From positions 4,218-68,217 of the forward strand of contig JAVYSX010000003.1 in NCBI GenBank assembly GCA_038728965.1: DNA of 64,000 nt. The letters run 5' to 3'. Shown here piece by piece: positions 38,294-47,157 of this stretch (its first letter is position 1; each line of letters begins with the position of its first letter). The position numbers and the translations under genes were made by a program. The DNA is from Thermoplasmatales archaeon. GTDB lineage: Archaea > Thermoplasmatota > Thermoplasmata > Thermoplasmatales > GCA-001856825. The notes beneath the pieces are model-generated. The model was not told the origin of the DNA and did not search any database. It was given only the letters and a program-made list of their open reading frames with translations.

Positions 38294-38707
38294 ATGAAGG
38301 CAAACGTTCGCTGGGTCGGAAACTTGACCTTCATCGGATCTTCAGATTCCCGTCATTACACGATTATCGATCATTCCGAGGACAGGGAAAAACAGATGGG
38401 TAGCTCGCCTACGGAGCTAATGCTTCAGGCGCTGTGCAGCTGCACGGCAATGGACATCGTTAACATACTCCAGAAGATGAAGGAACCGCTGGAAGGTCTG
38501 GAAGTACGGGCGGAAGGTTTCAGATCAAAGGATTATCCACAGCTGTTCACCGAAATTAACCTAGACTATGTGGTTAGGGGTAATGTTAGCAGGGATAGCT
38601 TGGAAAGGGCGATATCTCTGAGTCAGGAAAAGTATTGCCACATCTCCATAGCGCTCAAGAGAAGTGGAACAGACATCAAGGTCTCAGGGAAGATAGAAGG
38701 TAAATGA
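38294..38707 (+). CDS. OsmC/Ohr-family peroxiredoxin-like protein
   Basis: The track ORF starts at GTG 38237. The ATG at 38294 (MKANVRW) directly follows GGAGG and gives the usual ~137 aa. A CSCTAMD motif is present. Confidence 0.8.
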   Translation: MKANVRWVGNLTFIGSSDSRHYTIIDHSEDREKQMGSSPTELMLQALCSCTAMDIVNILQKMKEPLEGLEVRAEGFRSKDYPQLFTEINLDYVVRGNVSRDSLERAISLSQEKYCHISIALKRSGTDIKVSGKIEGK

Positions 38708-38752
38708 AGACTAAGATATTTATAAAGAGCTATCTTTAACCTAGGATAACAA

Positions 38753-39139
38753 ATGACCTGGCAAGATCAAGAAGTGAGGGAACTAAAAGAAAACAAATAT
38801 ATACTGATTGACGAAGAACCGTGCCGCATCGTGGAGATCACAACTTCCAAACCTGGGAAGCACGGGGAGGCCAAGGCAAGGATCGTGGCCATAGGTATAT
38901 TCGACAACCAAAAGAGAAGCGTTGTCTTTCCCACCAAGCACAAGGTAAAAGTGCCGATAATAGAAAAGAAGACGGCTCAGATACTCAGCGTAACGCAGAA
39001 CGAGGCCCTGCTCATGGATATGGAGACCTTCGAGCAGTTCACCTCACCTATACCCGATGAATTCAAGGATAAGGCAAAGAGCGGGGCAGAGGTAGAGTAC
39101 TGGGAGTCGATGGGAAAGCGCAAAATAATGAGGGTTTGA
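38753..39139 (+). CDS. eif5a: translation initiation factor 5A
   Basis: 128 aa. It carries the hypusination loop [13 protein letters not shown]. Confidence 0.92.
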   Translation: MTWQDQEVRELKENKYILIDEEPCRIVEITTSKPGKHGEAKARIVAIGIFDNQKRSVVFPTKHKVKVPIIEKKTAQILSVTQNEALLMDMETFEQFTSPIPDEFKDKAKSGAEVEYWESMGKRKIMRV

Positions 39140-39979
39140 ATGCCTTCAAGATTGAAATTCTGCGATAGTATTGACAGTTACGATGAATCAAAATACGTAA
39201 TATTTGGAGTTCCCTTTGATTCCACTGTCTCCTTTAGATCCGGGGAAAAATTTGCACCCAATGAGATCAGGAAAGCATCCTACAACATGGAAAGCTTTTC
39301 GCTCTACAGAGCCGTCGATCTCAAATACTCTGCTATTTTCGACGAAGGTGACCTAGACGAAAATCACAGGTCGGAGGACATGCTTGACGAGGTATTTTCC
39401 GAAATTGACAAGATAGTCTCTGATGGGAAATTTCCCGTAATGTTGGGCGGTGAACACAGCATCACCCTTGGAGCTATCAGGAGGCTCAAATGCAGGACTG
39501 TCTTCATAGATGCTCATACAGATTTCAGGGATTCATACCTAGGGAACAAATATTCTCACGCGTGTGTGGCAAGGAGAGTTAGCGAAATCATTGGTAAGGA
39601 AAACGTAGTCTCGCTAGGGGTAAGATCCGTATCACCTGATGAAATGGAGGGCGGTACTCAGAAGTTTTTTAGCAGCTTCGAGATAAGAAAGGATTCAGCT
39701 TATGCCTTGAAATATTTGAGGGATTTTGCTAAGTATCCTGTTTATCTCTCCATAGATTTCGACGGGTTTGATCCAGCATTCGCACCTGGGGTCGGAACTC
39801 CGGAGCCATTCGGCCTCGATCCGGTTATAATCATCGACCTTATAGACGCTATTGGATCTAATCTGGTAGGGCTCGATCTGACTGAGATCACCCCTGTTTA
39901 CGATAATGGTAACACCTCAATGCTGGCAGCAAGAATAATCCAGGAGATAATATCATTCCTGGAAAAGAGCAGGAAATGA
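39140..39979 (+). CDS. speB: agmatinase (arginase/ureohydrolase family)
   Basis: 279 aa with GGEHS, DAHTD, SIDFDGFDP and E..P motifs. It starts immediately after the aIF5A stop. Confidence 0.88.
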   Translation: MPSRLKFCDSIDSYDESKYVIFGVPFDSTVSFRSGEKFAPNEIRKASYNMESFSLYRAVDLKYSAIFDEGDLDENHRSEDMLDEVFSEIDKIVSDGKFPVMLGGEHSITLGAIRRLKCRTVFIDAHTDFRDSYLGNKYSHACVARRVSEIIGKENVVSLGVRSVSPDEMEGGTQKFFSSFEIRKDSAYALKYLRDFAKYPVYLSIDFDGFDPAFAPGVGTPEPFGLDPVIIIDLIDAIGSNLVGLDLTEITPVYDNGNTSMLAARIIQEIISFLEKSRK

Positions 39980-40569
39980 ACGAAGACAGCAATTACAGGA
40001 AAGGGTACAAGGACGGGCTAAAATATGCGATAGTGTTAGCCAGGTCGATTGGCATTGAGGAAAATTACATTAAAAAGCTCGAGGCGGAATATCACAGCCA
40101 GGATAACAGGAAGGCCATCAAATTTGAATATGGAAATGCATACATCCTATATGAAAAGAGCAACGTAAAGGGGCTTGAAATCGTCGAGGAGATGGCTGGG
40201 CAGGGGATCCGGGTGATTATTGTAGGCAGGGATCTCAGAAGCGATCTAAAAAGATTCCCTAATGTAAGGGCAGCCCTGGTTACTTATGAAGAGGGCGGTT
40301 TTAATCCGAATCAAATGAGCCAGATTCAGGAATTCGTGGTGAATAATCTGGAAGAAAGGTCTGTTCTTTATATAGATTGCATAGACTATATATTATCAAC
40401 TTCAAATTCCCCTCATAATGTCATTAGATTCCTATCTTCCCTAAAGGATAAGGTTATTGGAAAATCTGGTATTTTGATGGTGTCAATCAACAAAGATGCC
40501 ATTGGAAGGCCAGAATTGTCAATGATAGAGAAAGAATTGAAAAATGCCCTAGATATCAGGAATTACTGA
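39976..40569 (+). CDS. DUF835-like protein
   Basis: 197 aa. The C-terminal two-thirds (YGNAYILYE..., VLYIDCIDYILSTSNSPHNVIRFLSSLKDKV..., LMVSINKDAI...E.SMIEKEL) follow the DUF835 pattern as I recall it. ATGA overlap with speB. Confidence 0.5.
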   Translation: MNEDSNYRKGYKDGLKYAIVLARSIGIEENYIKKLEAEYHSQDNRKAIKFEYGNAYILYEKSNVKGLEIVEEMAGQGIRVIIVGRDLRSDLKRFPNVRAALVTYEEGGFNPNQMSQIQEFVVNNLEERSVLYIDCIDYILSTSNSPHNVIRFLSSLKDKVIGKSGILMVSINKDAIGRPELSMIEKELKNALDIRNY

Positions 40570-41071
40570 TATCAATAGTTTCAATTCTTGAGGGAGTAGG
40601 TATCTTGTGAGAAGCCTTTTTTAGCGCTACCTTGGCCTTTTCAACCCCGTCCTTATTTACTCTTACAACTATAACGCTTGATCCTCTCTTTACTCTTGCC
40701 GCGGTTCCAACGGGCCTCCCGAAGGCCATGCTCATTCCGCTAGATATCCTGTCTGCGCCAGCTCCCGTTGCCATCTTATGTTCCCTTATGACGTGGTGGG
40801 GATAGGTCCTTACCCTCATAAAATATCCTTTCTCCCCGAAGTCCTTTAGAAGCTGTCTGTTCGAGGATATTCTTGCGGCCTCGAGAGCGGTATGTCTGAT
40901 CTGGCAGCCTTCTTCCGCTATTAATCTCAGTTCAACTTGAAAATTGCCGTTTACATTACCTGCTACAAATTGCTGTATTCTTGGCGAAGGTACGCCGCCC
41001 ATGTATTCCCTTTTTGTATAGGCCGGGCCAGTGATCCTGGTGTACATCCTCGCTGGTTTCCTTACCATTTG
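40556..41071 (-). CDS. rpl10e: 50S ribosomal protein L10e (uL16)
   Basis: The track ORF starts at 41125. The internal MVRKPARMYTR at 41071 is the canonical L10e N-terminus and gives 171 aa. Confidence 0.9.
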   Translation of the reverse strand, partial: QMVRKPARMYTRITGPAYTKREYMGGVPSPRIQQFVAGNVNGNFQVELRLIAEEGCQIRHTALEAARISSNRQLLKDFGEKGYFMRVRTYPHHVIREHKMATGAGADRISSGMSMAFGRPVGTAARVKRGSSVIVVRVNKDGVEKAKVALKKASHKIPTPSRIETIDISNS

Positions 41072-41161
41072 AATAACCCTGACCAAAAGTGATTCTCCAT
41101 ATAAAATACTTCTCAGTGGCGTCAAGAAAGGTTAATTATTTGTAAATTATAATTGCAGTGA

Positions 41162-42115
41162 ATGGATGAATTATGGATAGAGAAGTATAGACCGAAGAAG
41201 CTGGACGATATAGTGGGTCAGAAAATAGTGGTAGATAGATTGAAAAGCTATGTTGAGCAGAAAAACCTTCCACATTTACTTTTTGCGGGTCCATCTGGAA
41301 CAGGGAAGACAACCGCGGCCATAGTTCTAGCCAGGGAACTATACGGAGAACAGTGGAGGGAGAACTTCCTGGAGCTCAATGCATCTGACGATAGGGGGAT
41401 AAAAATGGTCAGGGAAACAGTGAAAGAATACTCCAGGATAATGCCTTCAAATACGCTCGGCTTCAAGATATTGTTCCTGGATGAAGCAGATTATATGACC
41501 GACGAGGCCCAGGCAGCCCTCAGGAGGACTATGGAGAACTTCACAAAGACCACGCGATTCATCATTTCGTGCAACTACTCCTCTAAGATAATAGAGCCCA
41601 TACAATCAAGAACGGCAATATTCAGATTCAAGGCCATACCGAATGAAGATATGATAAACCTTCTTTCCTTCATACTTAAAAACGAGGGAAGGGAGTTCGA
41701 TAGGAAAGCCCTGGAGGTGATAGGAGAGGTATCCTATGGTGATCTGAGGAAGGCGATAAATATGCTTCAGGTAGCTGCGACATACTCACCAAAGATAACA
41801 GTAAATTCAATATATGAGGCCACCGGCCTGGTTAGAAAGGAATGGGCATCGGAGGTTATATCACTAGCCCTTAGGGGAGATATATCGAAGGCCAAGAATA
41901 TGCTTGAAACTGCAATAATAAAGGAGGGGATATCGGGGCAGGATGTTGTGGAACAGTTCCACAGAGTTATCTTCGACATGCCCCTGGATGACGTTCTCAA
42001 GGCTGATATTCTCTACGTACTCGGCGATATAGATTTCAGGATATCTGAGGGTGCTAGGGAAGTAATACAGCTTGAAAGTTTCTTAGGATATCTTTACAAA
42101 AAAGGATCCAAGTGA
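41162..42115 (+). CDS. rfcS: replication factor C small subunit
   Basis: 317 aa with WIEKYRPKKLDDIVGQ, Walker A GPSGTGKTT, DEAD (LDEAD), the SRC-type ISCNYSSKIIEPIQSR, and sensor regions. Confidence 0.92.
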   Translation: MDELWIEKYRPKKLDDIVGQKIVVDRLKSYVEQKNLPHLLFAGPSGTGKTTAAIVLARELYGEQWRENFLELNASDDRGIKMVRETVKEYSRIMPSNTLGFKILFLDEADYMTDEAQAALRRTMENFTKTTRFIISCNYSSKIIEPIQSRTAIFRFKAIPNEDMINLLSFILKNEGREFDRKALEVIGEVSYGDLRKAINMLQVAATYSPKITVNSIYEATGLVRKEWASEVISLALRGDISKAKNMLETAIIKEGISGQDVVEQFHRVIFDMPLDDVLKADILYVLGDIDFRISEGAREVIQLESFLGYLYKKGSK

Positions 42116-42122
42116 CCACCCA

Positions 42123-42623
42123 ATGGCAATAAACGGTTCGGTCTATGAGAGGGAGCTTAAACAAATTTTTTCAGGTGATAAGGAAAAACTCGACGAGATG
42201 TCATGGATAAGGCCGGATCTTAAGGCGAGAATTTTGAAGAGGCCTTTCATGGTGGTGAGAGCAGCCGGAAGTCATGGGTTCGATATAATAGTAATTAGGG
42301 CAGATATAAGCGTTCCAATTGAAATTAAGAGCTCGAGGGATGCAACCCTCAATTTCTCTACGTCATCAAGCAGGTCCCAACAACAGGCAGAAAATTATAT
42401 CTCTCTCATGAAAAAGACAGGAGTGATGCCATTATATGCATTCAGGAGAAAGGCAGTATCAGGTGATCCGTGGAGATTTTTCACATTTGACTATCCATTT
42501 GAAGGTAAGTACAGAATATTTTCTGAAAGAATACCTAAGATAGAAACAACAAGGAGCGGCTCATTTGTACTGAAGTGGGAAAAGGGGTTATCTCTTATTT
42601 CCCTTCTAGAATACTTGTTCTAG
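42123..42623 (+). CDS. hjc: Holliday junction resolvase Hjc-like nuclease with C-terminal extension
   Basis: 166 aa. GSVYERELKQIF (Glu), RAAGSHGFDIIVI (Asp) and PIEIKSS (ExK) match the Hjc/PD-(D/E)xK catalytic layout. It is roughly 30-40 aa longer than typical Hjc. Confidence 0.62.
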   Translation: MAINGSVYERELKQIFSGDKEKLDEMSWIRPDLKARILKRPFMVVRAAGSHGFDIIVIRADISVPIEIKSSRDATLNFSTSSSRSQQQAENYISLMKKTGVMPLYAFRRKAVSGDPWRFFTFDYPFEGKYRIFSERIPKIETTRSGSFVLKWEKGLSLISLLEYLF

Positions 42624-43044
42624 GTAAAACAGCCATTGCTGAATCGGAACCCCTCTGGATGCCCCTTGGAAATTCCAGTCCTCGTTCCACCTTTCTATAC
42701 TCAACAGATATCGGCGAGAGCTTTTCTAATATGTACTGAAAAGCTGCCTCGGCGTGTTCTGTAGGGCCGCAAGTAAATATATCAAGCGCCACGAATCCGT
42801 ATTCCGGCCAAGTATGGAAACTAAGGTGTGACTCAGCTAGAAGTATTATACCACTTACTCCATCCGGCGAGAACTGATGATAATACGATCTTATCTTCGA
42901 GAGTCCACTGTTCTTGACCGCAGATTCCATAAGTCCCTTGACGAAATTGACCTTGGATATTTTTGAGGGAGAAACACCCTTAAGATCACCAATGAGATGG
43001 ATTCCTATGGACACCCAAGTATCACCAAGCATTATGAAAGACAT
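42595..43044 (-). CDS. speH: S-adenosylmethionine decarboxylase proenzyme (pyruvoyl, SpeH type)
   Basis: 149 aa. LAESHLSFHTWPEYG contains the E-S self-cleavage site. Confidence 0.88.
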   Translation of the reverse strand: MSFIMLGDTWVSIGIHLIGDLKGVSPSKISKVNFVKGLMESAVKNSGLSKIRSYYHQFSPDGVSGIILLAESHLSFHTWPEYGFVALDIFTCGPTEHAEAAFQYILEKLSPISVEYRKVERGLEFPRGIQRGSDSAMAVLPRTSILEGK

Positions 43045-43385
43045 CTAATATTTAAATGTTCATCAATGAACCATCGGCGAATCTTCATAATTTTCCGTAA
43101 AAATGAATCTTCATTCATTTCTCTTGTAGAAAAGAAAAACAAATTCTGAATTTTTTGATATAGGTGATTCGAAGATTTAATAGCGCATTAGGAATACCAT
43201 ATATATCATTTCATTTTTTTAAAAAAAAATTTTAGAATAGAATCTTATAGTGATTTATATTCTCTTTTATATCATGTTTAAGAATGAGTTCTTTTGTTTC
43301 TTGACATTTTTGCGTTGGAAAAGGTTAATAAGGCGTATCGTCTACTGGAGTGAGCAAAAAGCTCTAGACAAAGGATTGGTAAAGT

Positions 43386-43808
43386 ATGGAAGAACTTACG
43401 AAAGTAAAGGACCTTAATTCTGGGTCCAAGCGGGTAACTGTTTTGGCGAAGGTTTTGAGTGTTGGAGAACCAAGAGAAATACAAACGAGGTACGGAGAGA
43501 AAAAGACTGTGGCTGAGGCGGTTCTTGGAGACGAAACAGGCAAGGTAACGATGTCTCTATGGGAAGACCAGGCAAAGCAGATAGAAAATGGCTCGAGTAT
43601 CAGGGTAGAGAATGGGTATGTCTCATTCGTGCGCGGTCACATGAGACTAAATGTCGGAAAGTATGGGTCTATAAAGAAAGCGGATTCCGAGATAAGCGAG
43701 ATCAACGAATCACTTGACATGAGTGAGAAGGAATATTCTCCAGAGGAAACAGGAAGAAGGCCAAGGAGAAGCTTCAATAATAACAGAAGTTACAGAAGCA
43801 GATTCTGA
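43386..43808 (+). CDS. ssb: single-OB-fold ssDNA-binding protein (crenarchaeal/Thermoplasma-type SSB) with basic C-terminal tail
   Basis: 140 aa. The OB-like core is V.AKVLSVGEPREIQTRYGEKKTVAEAVLGDETGKV.MSLWEDQA. The flexible tail is EETGRRPRRSFNNNRSYRSRF. Confidence 0.68.
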   Translation: MEELTKVKDLNSGSKRVTVLAKVLSVGEPREIQTRYGEKKTVAEAVLGDETGKVTMSLWEDQAKQIENGSSIRVENGYVSFVRGHMRLNVGKYGSIKKADSEISEINESLDMSEKEYSPEETGRRPRRSFNNNRSYRSRF

Positions 43809-43812
43809 GTGG

Positions 43813-44439
43813 TCATTTTTCAATAAAACCCACACAGAATCCTTTATTTTCTATTTTGATTATTACTTCGTCCAGATCGAGGTCTCTAAGGAAAATTTCG
43901 TCATATATTCTCTTTAGTGATTGGAACTGGCATATTTTTGACGGTATTGGCTCGGGAAGCTGAACTACCCTGTTCGAATAAAAGAACGATTTTAGACCGT
44001 AACTGATGCACTTGTTCCCGATTCTCTCGATCGCCGGACTGTTGGTCAGTGCCTCGACCTGCCTGTCAAGGCTTGCCACCTCACTTGAAGGTATTCCAGA
44101 ATATTCGTGCCTGAACGTTTTGATATGGCAGGACTTACATAATGTTACGAGATTCTTCGTCGAATCAGATCCTCCTGCTATCCTCGGAATGATGTGATGC
44201 ACTTCAACCTGCAATCTTATTTTTGAAAAGGAGCTTGTGGTCTCTTCGACGATAGGAGATTTTCCACAGATTCGGCATGCATATGAATCCCTTTCTAACG
44301 TGATCTCCTTGGCTATGCTCCAAGGTATGGAAGATGGTTCCCTGCTGCCACCGGGGTCATAGTCGTAAACTATCCCGTACCGGGCGTATTTCCGGCTTAG
44401 TAGCTCAAGCATTTCTTCATCAATTTGCTTCATCTTCAC
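43813..44439 (-). CDS. HNH endonuclease domain protein
   Basis: 208 aa with CRICGKS...VEVHHIIPRIAGGSDSTKNLVTLCKSCH (HNH/His-Me finger). About 55 aa at the N-terminus and about 100 aa at the C-terminus are unassigned. Confidence 0.75.
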   Translation of the reverse strand: MKMKQIDEEMLELLSRKYARYGIVYDYDPGGSREPSSIPWSIAKEITLERDSYACRICGKSPIVEETTSSFSKIRLQVEVHHIIPRIAGGSDSTKNLVTLCKSCHIKTFRHEYSGIPSSEVASLDRQVEALTNSPAIERIGNKCISYGLKSFFYSNRVVQLPEPIPSKICQFQSLKRIYDEIFLRDLDLDEVIIKIENKGFCVGFIEK

Positions 44440-44579
44440 GCTAATATCAAACCTTCAAAATAATCTTTTAGTTAATTAAAAACATAGGAGCTTGCGATTA
44501 GAGAGTTATAGTGGATAGTTCCAGATTGAAATATTTAAGATAGATTTAATATCTCGTATAAATTGAGCTGGGAAGCGCC

Positions 44580-45221
44580 GTGAGTTTAACGCTAAACGGG
44601 ATTGTGTCAAGCCTTATTAAGGAATCTATAAACGTGATGTCCTCGCTAGGTCCGTTAGGTGTATTTTTTCTTATGCTTCTTGAAGGTGTCGGACTTCCTT
44701 TTCCCTCCGAAGTTATAATGGTATTCGCTGGATTTCTTTCCAGTGGGAGCACATTCCTTTTCGTAGTCTACGCACTGATGGGGTCTGTCGGTGGTTTTTT
44801 TGGGAACGTTATTCTTTATTACATATCAAAATACGGTGGGAGACCGTTAATTCTTTTCATCGGGAAGTACGTGGGTTTGAGGGAAGAGCACCTCATTAGG
44901 ACGGAGAAATGGTTCGATTCAAAGGGAGAATGGACCATATTCTTCGGCAGGTTCGTTCCGGGCTTCAGATCATATATGAGTATCCCTGCAGGAATTTCAG
45001 GGATGAAAATACTGAAATTTTCTGTATTCACATTCTCTGGTTCACTCATATGGTCTACGTCCCTAGAGGCAGGTGGCTATTATCTGGGAAAATCATGGGA
45101 GAAAATTATTCCCACGCTTACGCAGGTGGGTGTTATCTTTTTAATATTATTTATCCTGGGGCTTGGTCTATACATTTTCATAACGGTGAAGAGGAGGAAG
45201 TCTCAGTCGGGAGGAAATTAA
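44580..45221 (+). CDS. DedA/SNARE-associated family membrane protein
   Basis: 213 aa, GTG start. LPFPSE, KYGGRP and FFGRFVPGFRSYMSIPAG motifs are present. Confidence 0.8.
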   Translation: MSLTLNGIVSSLIKESINVMSSLGPLGVFFLMLLEGVGLPFPSEVIMVFAGFLSSGSTFLFVVYALMGSVGGFFGNVILYYISKYGGRPLILFIGKYVGLREEHLIRTEKWFDSKGEWTIFFGRFVPGFRSYMSIPAGISGMKILKFSVFTFSGSLIWSTSLEAGGYYLGKSWEKIIPTLTQVGVIFLILFILGLGLYIFITVKRRKSQSGGN

Positions 45222-45832
45222 AGGAACAGGAAGAAATAAACCACAAGTACTGCCGCTATTGCAAAAATTACTGCCCAATTTCGCCTGTCCCAGGCGAATA
45301 CCTTGCTACCGTCGAGGGGCGGTATCGGTATGAGGTTGAAAAAGCCAAGCCATATGTTGATATATGTCAGATAATAAATATCTACGCGGGCTAGCGAGCC
45401 AAGATGCGCAAATAGGAGTACGGGAAGAAGGATCACACCGATCACAAGGTTTGCGGATGGACCCGCTATAGCGATCTTTCCTTCCCTTATCGGATTTCTG
45501 TAACTTGCGAAGTAAACTGCTCCTGGCAAAGCGAAAAGGAATCCGAGGAAGCCAGTTACTATTGTGAGCAGAAGCCCAAGCGGCCACATTCGGAATTCTG
45601 ACCAGGCCCCATAGTGAATGGCCGTGAATTTGTGGCTCATTTCGTGGAAGAGAAAAGCGGTTATTGTCATTAGAAATGAGATTCCGAGTGCATCCAGTGT
45701 TGAGATGACCGGCCTTGATCTTGACACTATGAAGAAGAGGGCAACCGAGAGTGTGATCACAGATACTACTATGTCCCTCACCTCTTTGCTAGAGAAGCTA
45801 CGCTTTCTATAGGTCACAGTGTAAACCGCCAT
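45218..45832 (-). CDS. small M50-like membrane metalloprotease
   Basis: 204 aa, polytopic, with HEMSHKF (HExxH) and FNLIPIPPLDGSK. Confidence 0.72.
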   Translation of the reverse strand: MAVYTVTYRKRSFSSKEVRDIVVSVITLSVALFFIVSRSRPVISTLDALGISFLMTITAFLFHEMSHKFTAIHYGAWSEFRMWPLGLLLTIVTGFLGFLFALPGAVYFASYRNPIREGKIAIAGPSANLVIGVILLPVLLFAHLGSLARVDIYYLTYINIWLGFFNLIPIPPLDGSKVFAWDRRNWAVIFAIAAVLVVYFFLFL

Positions 45833-46207
45833 TTCATACCTCCAGTATCTCGTGTTATATAACTTGATTTGTCGAAAGATTTGAATTCAAATTATGAAAT
45901 CTTTGCCGAATCGGTTGCAATTCTTTATTTTACGCGATTCTTGTGTTACAACCTCAAAAAGGGGGAAGGCTCCCATATTTTCCTTTTATTAATTATTTTT
46001 GCCGGATAAAATTTAGCGGCCTTGTATTCTCAATCTAGTGAAATGGTTAATTTTTATTAAATTGGCTCTCTTACGGTCCTTCATTATAATTTCTGAAAGT
46101 CAGGAATTTATTCATCAAAGTTACAGTATAATCTATTTGGCCAATAGCAGGCTCATAAATATTTGTCATAGACAAAAAATATTTAGAGAATGCCCCATAG
46201 CCTTTAG

Positions 46208-47086
46208 ATGCAAAAGGGATTCCTTTTCAATCGAATCTTCTCTGTCTTAATAGTCGGACTCGTCCTTGTGTTCCTAGTTTTTTTGCTTCTCAAGGTAGTA
46301 TCTATAATACCAGCGGATTACGCCAGATACACCAACGTTATAGAGGCTCTCGTGTTAGGCGTAATACTCTACATAGTACTCAGGATAATACTGAGGATAA
46401 TAGGATCAATTCTAGACAAGAACATGGAAAAGAAGTATTCACGTCCTCTGCTGTTCTTGGTATCGATCGTTGGATACTTTGTAATTCTTCTGGCTATATT
46501 GGCCGTCATGGGTGTAAATTTAAGCTCCATTATTCTGGGAAGCGCATTTGCAGGGGCCATAATTGGATTGGCAGCACAGCAGATACTCTCAAATTTCTTT
46601 AGTGGAATTCTACTGATCTGGTCACACCCATTCACCGCAGGCGACTATATTGAGTTTAATAGCTGGCAGTATTCCTATTTCCTCCCCTCGTATCCGCCAA
46701 AATACCTTTCCAGAGACGAGTTCAGATGGAAGATCTCCGGAAAGGTTGAAGATATATCTCTGAATTTTACGACTGTGATAGAAGAAAGCGGGCTAGTCAC
46801 AAAAATTCCAAATAGTGTGGTAATACAGGGAATAATATCCGCGAACCCGCACAGAAAAAAAATACAGATAAGGCTTGAAATACCAAAGATTAAGGACTTT
46901 ACCTCATTCAAGGAGAATCTCGGAAAGATAATGGAAGGAGTTAGAGAAATAGAGGATTATGAGGCATATATAGAGGAGATAGCAAAAGATTCCTATCTCG
47001 TGCTGGTAACAGCAGATTCAAAAGTGGACAATGTGGAATATGTCAGGGGGAAAATTATGGAATTGCTATTGCCACTCACCAAGTAG
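46208..47086 (+). CDS. MscS-family mechanosensitive channel
   Basis: 292 aa with three N-terminal TM helices. The pore and beta-domain signature is AAQQILSNFFSGILLIWSHPFTAGDYIEF. Confidence 0.8.
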   Translation: MQKGFLFNRIFSVLIVGLVLVFLVFLLLKVVSIIPADYARYTNVIEALVLGVILYIVLRIILRIIGSILDKNMEKKYSRPLLFLVSIVGYFVILLAILAVMGVNLSSIILGSAFAGAIIGLAAQQILSNFFSGILLIWSHPFTAGDYIEFNSWQYSYFLPSYPPKYLSRDEFRWKISGKVEDISLNFTTVIEESGLVTKIPNSVVIQGIISANPHRKKIQIRLEIPKIKDFTSFKENLGKIMEGVREIEDYEAYIEEIAKDSYLVLVTADSKVDNVEYVRGKIMELLLPLTK

Positions 47087-47157
47087 GTACCTAACTAGAT
47101 GTGAACTGTACTGGATGTATTAAGAAGGTTGAGGGGATACAAATAAAAAACTAAAAA

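Noticed and set aside
43045-43385. Possible replication origin: an AT-rich spacer near rfcS, hjc and ssb.
   Set aside because: I found no ORB or mini-ORB-like repeated elements, and there is no adjacent cdc6/orc1 gene. The short repeats are better explained as promoter or operator elements of two divergent genes.
44909-45394. A 161-aa plus-strand ORF overlapping dedA (alternative frame) and the M50-like gene.
   Set aside because: Both overlapped genes have clear family motifs, so this frame is a by-product.
46038-46250. A 70-aa ORF in the AT-rich spacer upstream of mscS.
   Set aside because: It is Ile/Ser/Phe-rich AT-driven sequence that overlaps the mscS start. There is no coding evidence.
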